A stretch of DNA of 64,000 nt from Gordius albopunctatus. Lineage: Eukaryota. The notes beneath the pieces are model-generated. The model saw only the letters and a list, made by a program, of their open reading frames with translations, was not told where the DNA came from and did no database searches. Below are positions 53,340 through 64,000 of the stretch, piece by piece; within the stretch, counting starts at the first letter, position 1; the number at the start of each line of letters is the position of its first letter. The stretch covers positions 11,966,001-12,030,000 of the forward strand of contig OZ193909.1 of NCBI GenBank assembly GCA_964276515.1, read 5' to 3'. The translations under genes were made by a program, and so were the position numbers.

Positions 53340-54554
53340 CAATGGCGTAGCTAGCATTTTCTCCTTGGGGGGGGGGCCGCACTTAAACCAGTGGGTAGGG
53401 GACAAGTGAGAAAATTTTCCATAGCCATTTGTCTAACTCGATAATCATCAGTTATTCCTTTGGTTAATTTGTTTGAACTTATATTTTTTAAAGTCCATAT
53501 CATTAATATTTCCCCAAATCTTAGATCTTCCCTCTAACCTTCGAATTACACATGAGCAGGCTAAATTAAAGACCTGCAACGGGCCTCTCTATCAGCTAGC
53601 TCCCTGGTTACAGATAAAATAATAAATGATAGACCCCGTCTGCTAATTTTAACAAAGCCCGAACCCAAGCCTCCAAAATTTTGCTTCTTTTTAAATTAGA
53701 TTGTAATGTTACATATGATAATAATAATGCAAAAAATTAAACGTGTCAAAATATTCAATTAGATTACTCTAATGCTAATAGATTTTTAAAGGGAATGACT
53801 AAATCATTTTGAAATGGGCATTATGATATTGGTGAATAATGAATGAGGAGAAAAATAATTAATATAAAACATTAAAAAAGGAGACCTTTCTTTAAAAAAA
53901 TCTAAATTTTGTTACGGGCTTTCAGGTGCCATACTTATGCCTATGCCCGGCGAGCCCGCTAGGTTATATTACGGCCCACCCCCGGTAAGTTGCTCTTTTA
54001 AAGCAAAGGGTCGGTTCGCGGGTTCATTTTTGCAGGTTTTTAAGCAAAACAAACAATGAAACAATGGAATACAATTTTGTATAATGAATAATGCTTCTAG
54101 TTATATAACGGAACTATGCAATCGAAAGGATTATATTATGGCGACTTAAAGTATATGGCGTGAAGTGAGTTTGTACAAATCGATTAAAGCAATGGAACCG
54201 GTGTAAAATGATCCCTCAATTTCTAATAATTTACCGTACATATTTGATTGAAGCTGTTGTTTGGAGCTAAAGACTGGAAAAAATAGGCAAAGTTTTAATT
54301 GCTTGTCAATAAATAACAAAGCGTAAGTTTAATATAAATTATTTTCCCTTGTAGGTTCATTTACGTTTTTACTTTACCTGGTATCAATATATTTCCGATC
54401 CTATTTGATTGCCATTATCTAATAATAATTTTAACATTTAAAAACAATCAACTTCCCAAATGACAAAAAAAATTACATAAAAAACCGTTAAAAATTAAAA
54501 TTTTATGTTTTGCCCCCCCCCCCCCCCATATTCCAAAACGTGGCTACGCCCATG
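53340..54554. mobile_element. second, inverted copy of the composite hAT-like MITE
   Basis: TIR CAATGGCGTAGCTAG / TGGCTACGCCCATG. AAAATTTTCCATAGCCATTTGTC, CTTAGATCTTCC and the nested GACCTGCAACGGGCC match the reverse complement of 32420-32683. Confidence 0.7.
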
Positions 54555-55419
54555 CCTATAAGGCCTTTAAAACATTTAGAATTTTAACGCAGAACTTTTT
54601 TTAATAACAACGGATCATATTTAAAAAACTTAACAATTTTCTAAAAAAAACTGAATATTTTTTGAAAAATTACTGAACATTTTTTTATAAAAATTGAGCA
54701 CTTTCTAATTAAAATCTGAGCGTAGAAAAAACTGCCCATTTTGAATTAAAAATCTGAGCAAATTTTTCACTGTGCATTTAAATAACACCCTATATAAACC
54801 ATCTTGGATGCTAAGGCAATAATTTGGCCAAATTTTGTGGCAATCGGTCGAAACAAAGAAAACGGAGTTACATTTATACATATATATAAATTATATTTCA
54901 CAAAATTTTCTATCAGAATTATTGGTCTGATTGTAGTCAATATTTGTAGACCTGTGTTAATAATGTATAAATTTAAAAATGCATAAACATAATATTTTTA
55001 ATTTTACTCAAAAACCATTTTATTAATCAGTAAAAATAGATTAACTTCTGTTAAATGCAATAATAATTTTATCAGCACATATTTGATCAAAAGCCTCAAT
55101 TAAAAATACAAATACATAATTTCTACATAGTATTAATAAATAATCGACATGTACAAATATAAACGATGATATCATTTAAATTTGGCCCAAAGGAATTTGT
55201 AAATGTCAGTGTTTCATCAATCATAATACTGGGAAAGCTTGAAAAGTTGAATTAGCGGCAACATCGTTTTAAAAAGGATTAAAAAGTTCAAAATAATCAT
55301 ATTCTATGACCTATAATGGTCACAAAAATCAAGGGGAACTATAAAAATTTACAAAAAATAAGCCTTTTTAAACGTAAAGATAGGGGTGGTTAAAACATCT
55401 AACAAGGCTGTCCAATATA

Positions 55420-58400
55420 TTATTGATCGTAAGATTTTAATTTTTCCTCCAGCATTAATTTTCGTTTGGCTAATTTCCATTTTTCGTGATTCAACTTTGC
55501 GTTCAATCGCATCAGTAAATAATTGTGGGCTTTGTGGCGCGAAAGGATGTCTTTCAAACTAAATAAAAGTTAAACATAAATTATGGATGCAATATTAACG
55601 CTAAATTTCATGAAGAAAATTCAAAGGATCGATACGTAAAAGTTGTGATTTATGATTTTATTACTCTTCACTCGTGGGTAGTACAAGACACTTTTGTTTA
55701 GAAATATCAGCCAATACAGATCCGGATAAACCTTCTTTAATCAACTAAATTTTAAATAGAATATCAACGTAAATATTTTGATTTACTTTAAAGCTCGAAG
55801 TTTGTATATCATTTGAGTCTGGGGTACCTATGTTAAATAAATAATAAAAATACATATAAAATTTTATATAAAAGTGAAAGGGTATTGGGCATCGAGTAAT
55901 ACTTGTTTTGGATTCTGAATCTTCATACGTGGCAAAAGATGGCTACAATGTAGAAAATTTGAGTAAAAATATTCATAAATATATACACTACGATTAAAAA
56001 ATGTTTTAATTAAAATACCGGAAATTTTCTGTCTAAAGAGCATGTGCGCTGGTGAATGAGCAATTTGGCTTCGTCAGAGAGGTTAGATAGTTGCAATATA
56101 TCTAGATTTGGGTTTTCGCCGTTTTCGATTTTTTGAGCATTTGGTTTGGTTATGGTTGAAACAGCACAAAATTCTACCCTTTTCTTCAGCTATCACAACA
56201 AAAAATGTCAAATACTATAGTCAAAATGATGGAAAACTTTAAATTTCCATTTTTTTAATTTTCAAGAACAAAATCTTATTGTGTTCATTTAAAAAACAAT
56301 TATTAAGTTTGAGTTTTGAGATTTTTAAATTGATATTTAATAGTGCACAATATGCAGAGTTGTCAAGAACATAGATGACATTTATATATTATGTTTGAAG
56401 GAAATCTTTGGTATGACCATAATAGGAACTAGTCAAAATGACTTTTAAAAATGATATAAATCTTCAAAAATCTCATAAGGAAAATATTATTTCGTGTTAA
56501 GGGTTAATTAAAGATCCAAATACATCAAATAAATTATTTATATATAAACACAATAAATGAACTCGACTTATTGCGTCTAAAATCATTAGGCTTTGTGTTA
56601 CAAAACTCCTAATTTAAAATATTATATCAAATAATTAAATATAATTTCCACATATTTACAAATAGCTAATTGGGTTTTAAAATATAAATAAAAAGTGTAT
56701 GCAGGCAATGACTTTATTTTTCGGCCAGTACCTGTTTCGCAATATTGAAAAGTCACTTCACAGCTGTCAGTCTTGAGGAAAATGAAAAATCTTAAAATAG
56801 GTTAACTTTTATCGTTTTTTCAATTGTTTAAAAGGATAGCTCAAAGATGACGAAGTGAAAAACCTTTAATAGTTAACGTAATTACATGATCACTTATGAA
56901 GGCAAGGAAGGGAATTTCTTCGTCAAGTCGGTCAACACAAAGCAAGAAAATGGAAATCGTAAATCGGGTAGAGAGAATACGCCACGAAGGGAAAATTATT
57001 GTTCATTAAAAAAACGTTTTTGGGCGATATCAAAGGGTGCTAATAAATTATAATAATTAATATTTGAATTCCTTTTTTGATATACTAAACATACTTATAG
57101 TATTACCTAATTAGAATATTGGTAGCTTTATGATTGGGATTTATAATTTGAATACACAACAGACATTGAAGTTTAGATATTTGAATACCTTACGATTTAA
57201 TAATGTTATTCATTTTAACCCCTTATAATGGTATATAAACTAATGCTTCGCGATAAAGAATCACTCTATCTTTTGGTTATATATTAATAAAGTTGAAATC
57301 CTCTACATACTTATAAATTTTTAAACTATATTGAAAGAGCGTCAGTCGAGCTCCTCCGCTCTGCCCATAAACAAACAAATTGTTTCACATTTAAATGCTG
57401 ATTCCAGGTAATTTTGCTATTAAAAAGATAATCAAAATTTTGATTGTTTATTTAGTTTTGTCACGTTCGAAAACCCCCTTTACAGCAAGACCCTGCTATG
57501 CAGTAAATGAATGATAAGGTTACAAGTACTTGAGGATTAGGGGATGCCAATCTCGGCGGGATCACCGGTGGTAACAGGGACAACGATGCTTTGGTATCGT
57601 CCTTCGTTTTCGCTAAATTAATTATATTGCGTTATTAAGTCAGCCTAGTGTAGTCGAGATGATAATTTTCATTTTATAAACTATATAAGCTAATCTTAAA
57701 GAAAGCTAGGTCCTAAAATTTTATCAAATGTTTAGCGACTTAAAGATTTTATCACATATTCTTATTTTTTGCTCACAAGTAAACAACGCAAATTAGGTTG
57801 AATTCAGAATCATACTTTAATCTCATAGTTTCTCAGCATAGCATTAATTAAAGTGTAAATCATTGCCTAATAACCACTGACTGCAATAAAATTCATTAAT
57901 CTTGAAACAAAACTGTATACCAAAACTTGTCACCTGCAAATGCGGTGAGCACAAAATTGCAATTTATTCAATTACCAAACAATTTATTGAGGTCGAGGGA
58001 AGAGCTACGACCGTGTTTGGACCTAGGAAGGGGGAAGGGTGGTGGCAAAGGTTTCATCGTGGCGGTGTTATCGATGCTATTGCCTCTAGATTTAAACTTC
58101 TCCTCCGTACAATGAGTTTCGTTGGGGGTCGGTGGTTTTGAATCTACTATTTCTTGGCTAAAGGCAGATTCGTTAAAAAGGTAGGTCCTTCAATTTCTTG
58201 GCTTAAATAGTGAACACTCAGTATGGATAAAAAGAGAGGAGCACAGAAGTGGCTTATAGGTGGAAGGGGTTTATATCAAATATTATTTGACTAACGTGCC
58301 ATATCAATAGCAAAAATAATGGGTGCTAATTTGTATTAAATCATCATAAGCAGGAGCGAAGTCAAAATTTACATGAGAGCGCTGGGGTAAAAAGTTTGAT

Positions 58401-61400
58401 AATGTTTAAGAGAGGGGCAGAATAAAGATTCTTCAAAAATCCATTCCCTCGGTTACTTATCTTCATATACATTAAAGCCCTATATGGCCCGAGGTAAAAT
58501 GGGTAAAAGGGCTTTAAATTTAGACATTCGTAAATATCTGGACGTTCAAACTTAATGTAATCTCAAAAAATCAATAATCCGCTATGCAGGGAGAAAAGTA
58601 TTTGAATTGGGCCATAATCAATATATAACCATAAATACCTGCTTGAAGAAAGCTCCCCAACCTGTACGTCCCCATCTAAAATTAATAGGCGAAGGGTATT
58701 AGCAATCAATGACATACAGGACAAATGCCCAATTTAGATATTATTAAACACGTCCTGAATACGATATAAAAAATGTCCAGCACTTGTTTAAACAAAAACA
58801 TCGTACCAAAACGATAGGATATTTTGGGAAAGCCGGTCACTCATAAAAGTGGCATCATTTTGCGGAAAAGAGAACACCTGCTGCCTCTTTAAGCACGTGT
58901 TTAAAACTCGGAAAGTAAGAGGAGATGTTTTAGATTTACAAATTTTTTATTAGGTTTAAACTTAAATCCTAATTCAAATTTTTTGTTATAAAAGAGGATA
59001 CCCGACGTAATGTAATAAAGCTTTTTTCTTTTGAACCCTATTAGTTAAACAAATTTGGAGACGGGACTAAAAACACTATTAGGCAGAATAGAGCCAAAAT
59101 GGATGGAACATTTTAAAAATCCATATTCGGGTTCATAATGTAAACCAAACCCCCACTGAAAATAAAAATGGTTGAAACGATGGCTTCACAGAACTCCCTC
59201 ACGTATTTTTTCACACTTTTGATAGTAATCAGTTAAAATGAGAAGCCAATTAAATAATCTTATCCATGTTTGCTTGCTGTAGCGATCAACCTAAAAATTT
59301 ATCCTTGATTGTTGTGTCGGGAGGTTATATTTATATTCAAGTTAAGAATTTATAAAATTAAGCGGGTAGGGTTGAGGTCAAAATATTTCATATTTCGGAC
59401 GGATATGGATTTTAAAGGACTCCGTGAAGATCGCACGCGCAGGTAAAACCAACGAGTAACAAATTAAGCAGGCCTTAAGTATAAACTAAAAGTAAGGAAT
59501 TCGTTTGGAACAATGGTAGTGTGGGGTTGATGAAATGAGAGGGTGGAAATGGGTCTAGATATTTCGGTCGTCCAGCAGCGACCATTGTCAATAAAATTAA
59601 AAAAGGGAAAAAAAGGGGTAAATTACGAGTGAGGAACGAATCACGAGGTTAAATTAAAATTAGAGGGGAAATTAGAAATGAAGGTATATATAGCAAGGTC
59701 TCGACAAGATTTAAGTAATAAAAGCCAGTTTATTATTACGTAATTATACTAAAAATAAGGATTTTTCCTGAAACTAGTTCCTTTGTCTCCTCTCTACAGG
59801 TTTCATTTCCATTCAAAGAGTACCAAACTAACTTAATTTACAGAGGCGTTGTTGTAGCTTTTGTCAGGGCTAATTAACCATTCATTTTCATACTCAATGT
59901 TTTTTATCACATTAATTTATTATATATCATTTTGTTTTTGACTATAATTTTAACCCAATTTAAAAAAGATTTTAAATATAACGCTATATCGTAAAAGAAT
60001 GGGAAGAAATTGCTAGCGTTTTTTATTAAAAATTATGGCATAAAATTAATTAACATTTATAATAGATATGGGTTCAATGATGTCTCAACTGAAATTTAAT
60101 ACAAATTGCCAACAATTCTTAATGTTTATCAATAGTTTACAAAATGATAGGATAGTGCGTAAAAGCATTGGTGTGAAACGGGACTGAGAAACTTACGCAT
60201 GATTATGCAAAATCACTTTTTATTTAACTTTTTTAGAGACTTAATTATATATAGCAAAATTATATGAATTTATCAAAAAAAATAAAAGCGCAAATTTACT
60301 TTCTCGTTACCACTTCGCTCATCATCAGAGAGCAGATTGCCCGGCCCGGCCCGCTGCCCCGGCCCGTGGGCCGGGCAACTGTCCTAAATTTTTGTTTTCG
60401 GGCGGGCCCGGGGGGCACGAAGATAGGATTAGGGCAATTCGGGCTTAATGAGATTTTTTAAATAGTGATATTTTGTTACTTTTTATTTAATTGCATATGA
60501 AAATGCTAAAAAAGTTAAGAAACTTGATTTCGCCATCACAAAGTTTCTCCAATATTCCCTTATCATTCGTCGCTTTCGCTAAGTTACTAATAGAAATTTT
60601 TATGATAAAAAATTTCTATACCTTTATTTTTTTGCTTTAAGTTAAAAGAATTATCCATAAATTGCATTTAAATTCTATTGATAAATTATTGTCTTTTTAT
60701 CAAAAAAGTAAGTTTTAACAGAGCAGAGATTGACTAATTCAACTAGTTTTATTCATTAAGAAGTTTATTTATGGGTAGGGCAAACGGGTTAACTCAAAAG
60801 GGGAGTATAATTTTGTTTATTGTAATATTATTTATTAAATATGTAAACTTTAAACTTAATTAAAAAATTGCAACATAAATATTTTCATGGACATCGGCTG
60901 CATTCAATTAATATTTTGCTATTATATGATTTTTAAACGTTCTAACATGTTTGTCCCTAAATGCATTAGCAAATAACTTATTGAAGTATTGTGACCTAAA
61001 GCGGTGTAGCCAGTGCTATCTGACCAAATTTTTTCGAAAGACTTTTTGACTTATTAGGATTAAAATTAAAGATTAAAAGTTTCATCTGAAAAAATCATTC
61101 GACTTTTAAATAATATAGGAAATTAGATTTTATTTTTGATAATAAAATATTGCATTTTTTTAAAAACGCCATTAATTCCATGCTTATATTTTAATAGTGG
61201 TTGATAGAATTTAAGATGCATAATTTCGGGCCTAACGGGCAAATTTAATATTTCGGGCCGGGCAGTTTGGGCAGCTTTAATGTTTCGGGCGGGCAATGAA
61301 GTTAAAAAATTGAACCGAGCCGGGTTCGGGTATAAAATTCCTAACAAATCTGACCTCTGCTCATCATATAGACTTTTTAATTATATTACAATTTGAACCA

Positions 61401-63927
61401 TTTAACCAAAAATTTCAAAAAGTACTACCCCTTTTAGCTCCTTTAAAAAATGTCAGCCAACAGGATGAAGCAATGAATTTTAATTTAATTCAAAAAATTG
61501 AAAATAACTTGATATTTTTATATAATGTATTGCGAAAATAGAAATATATTGTCATACTAAATGAATCAAATCACAAATTATACACTGCTAGAACTTAAAC
61601 CATTTACAAAAAAAAAATAAAACTTAAATAGTCCTTTTAAAAAAGAATTTTTACAATTTTAATTTTATTTTACAAACCTTCAGGGTGCTCATCAGCACTG
61701 GCTGGTAGCTCGTCATAGTCGTCATCATCCGAAGCATAAGGGGGTACCAAAGGGACATGGTCATCTAGGGAACTTTTAACAGCTACTGGGTGATGAATAG
61801 AGGATAACCCCTGTAAATAAATATGTGAGTACAATTTGATGTCGGATCGAAACGTAAAAATGACGATCTTCAGCGACCATTTTAGATAGGATAATTTTTG
61901 GTGATGGTGCGGGTCTCATTTATTAGAGTAATTTCAGCCATTTTGGGCCAAAATCACGCTCGGCCGCGTTTTATTAATTTTACCATTTTTGTCATATTTT
62001 TTAATTTAATGGCGCTATTCACTTAAATTCTGCATCTTGTTCCTAAACAAATTTCCTATCAAAGTAATTTAACAAATAATCACAAACTTTTGCGGTTAAT
62101 TTTTTGTGGTCAATAAAATTAGTGGAAACTGTTTAGACCACATATTAAATCACCAATTTCACAATGTGCACTCCTTTATGACCCATTATCAGATTTCAAT
62201 CGTCAAAAGTTTGCGGTTTTAATGATTTTTCACTAATTTGACGTCAAAGAATTGACGGAGGGTTTTTTATATTTTTTTGATAGAGAATTTTTTGGGAATA
62301 AAATGCACCAAAATTTAAGTGAAAAGCGCCATTACTTTCAAAAAGATGACAAAAATAATTAAAACGCGCTCGAGCGTGATTTTGGCTCTTTGAAAGTCCA
62401 TGACTTAAAAAGTATAGGTCTATAGTAGCCCAATTTTAAAAAAATTACCATGACCCGCCCGCAACCTCACCGAAAATTTCCCAAATCTGAGATGGTTTGA
62501 AAGGGTTTTGATTTGTCATGGAATGGCCTTAAATCAAAATTATAGAAATAATAGCATACTTGGATGTAAACCTACATTGTTGGATCTTACAAATTATTAT
62601 ATTTAATTTTGAGTCCTACTATAAATCAGTATAAATTAAAAATCTCAATCAAACCTACTTATGAGATTAATAAGTTAAAAGACTATCTGCAATGAATCAT
62701 GCACTTCAGGACATATATGGTTTAAGTAAAAGTGGGGAAGATATAAAAAAACTAAAATCTAACATAATTATGAATTAATAATTACATTAGTTTGATTGGG
62801 AAGGACGGGTAAGAAATCAAAATTTGCTGGAGTTAACTCATTAAGCTCTTCATTCATCTCAACATTCTCTTTATCATCCTTATTTGGAGGTGTTGAATCA
62901 TTCGTTTTGCAATCATGAAATTCATTATCATTTGGTATTGTAGGCACAAAACAATTGAAATGTAGGGTTGTTGAAATGTCATCATCCTTTTTCAGGGAAT
63001 TGATTTTATCACATCTACCGTTCACAAACATTTCACCATCCAAATGCTGCGTTACAAAAGTATCTGGACATGAGTGCAACTGTTTTTTCTCAACTATTTT
63101 ATATCCTGGTTTAAAGTCATTTGAAAAACTCTGTGATAAGTCCTCAGTTTCAATGTTATTTTCGTCTTGTCTAAATGTTTCAGCTACTTGTTTAATACAT
63201 AAAGAATTTAGGGGCAAAGTTTTACTCCGCCGAACTGAAGAAGGCAGTTTGTTTATATTAGATGTTACAAATAATTTTTCTTGAGGATAAATATGCTCTT
63301 CCTTTGATTTGATATAATTTTCTTGATAAATAAACGTTTGTTTAAGTCCTGCAACACATTTAGCTACACTACTATGTTCACCTATTAAAAATAACAATTT
63401 AGTATAAGAAATTACATAAAAATTGCAAAAATATTATAATACTTATTAATTTCTGAATGTTTAAAGGTGATAAATTGCTTGGTAATTTATCAGGTATATC
63501 ATATCCATTTTTGCGTATTACAATAAGATGCATGGCTATAATAAATTCAACCAAGGATAAGGCACCATCTTTTTTTTGATCTGAAAGGTGCCTGAAATTT
63601 ATTGTTATACATAATAATTATTTTTAAACTTTTACCAAATTTTAGCTAGTTCCTGTGTAGAAAGTCCAGATTTTTTGAAATATAATTTTGCCTTGGAACC
63701 TATAATAATGATTAAATTTGATACAATTGAAAACCTGTTATATGTTTATCATAATGAGGCTGTAGTGATTTAAACTGCTTAAAATAAAAGTTTAGATATT
63801 CTTCTTTTAAAGGCCATGTTTCGCAATTCGCAACATTATTGAGCTCGGTTAATATATGATTTGAGGTAGAACTTAAGGAAGGAATGCTATTTAAGGTAGT
63901 TATATTAAGGTGCACTTCATTAGACAT
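55420..63927 (-). CDS. REPS: RalBP1-associated Eps-domain protein (REPS1/2 homolog), multi-exon
   Basis: EH domain over three exons ([74 protein letters not shown]). IHHPVAV exon at about 61.7 kb. [14 protein letters not shown] at about 58.0 kb. PPVIPPR at about 57.55 kb. C-terminal coiled coil [17 protein letters not shown], stop at 55420-55422. Confidence 0.88.
60326..61359. mobile_element. non-autonomous hAT element in a REPS intron
   Basis: TIR CAGAGAGCAGATT / AATCTGACCTCTG; 8-bp TSD CTCATCAT; subterminal CGGGC repeats. Confidence 0.88.
61900..62470. mobile_element. foldback MITE in a REPS intron
   Basis: AAAATCACGCTCGGCCGCGTTTTA...AATGGCGCTATTCACTTAAATT is mirrored by AATTTAAGTGAAAAGCGCCATT...TAAAACGCGCTCGAGCGTGATTTT. 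Confidence 0.75.
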
Positions 63928-64000
63928 TTATAAAAAAAGTTTCATCAATCATATGTGATATTTTATATACTGTCAATTAGTTACCTATATTATTTGAATA

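Noticed and set aside
57921..57933. Candidate 13-nt microexon in REPS (AG|GTGACAAGTTTTG|GT)
   Set aside because: It would shift the frame; the flanking exons already join in phase 1.
58400..59800. Higher-complexity intronic stretch, possibly a decayed retroelement (a similar stretch lies at 38400-39200)
   Set aside because: No recognisable protein motif in the frames I translated; it needs a translated search against TE proteins.

Overview
AT-rich eukaryotic (invertebrate animal) genomic window with very short introns (39-47 nt in several cases) and dense transposon debris; the taxon cannot be fixed from the sequence. Host genes: two intronless, tail-to-tail, divergent VAP-like genes (MSP + coiled coil + TM); a disrupted YWTD/beta-propeller-like pseudogene; a ~35-exon sidekick gene (6 Ig + 13 FN3 + TM + C-terminal SFV); a multi-exon CRISP/CAP gene with a ShK-like Cys-rich tail that the ORF track largely misses; a two-exon moody/Tre1/melatonin-receptor-like GPCR; and a REPS (EH-domain) gene. 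Mobile DNA: two full-length RTE LINEs with 16-bp TSDs, microsatellite-bearing Helitrons, a Penelope GIY-YIG fragment and many hAT-type and foldback MITEs. The strongest signal is RNA-level. The young RTE begins exactly at the cleavage site of an intact twister ribozyme fold (8095-8151), whose P1 5' strand and U(-1) come from the host target site. The old RTE copy carries a decayed version of the same fold, and the Penelope fragment carries an inverted minimal hammerhead core. All family assignments come from manual translation and motif recall; no searches were run.
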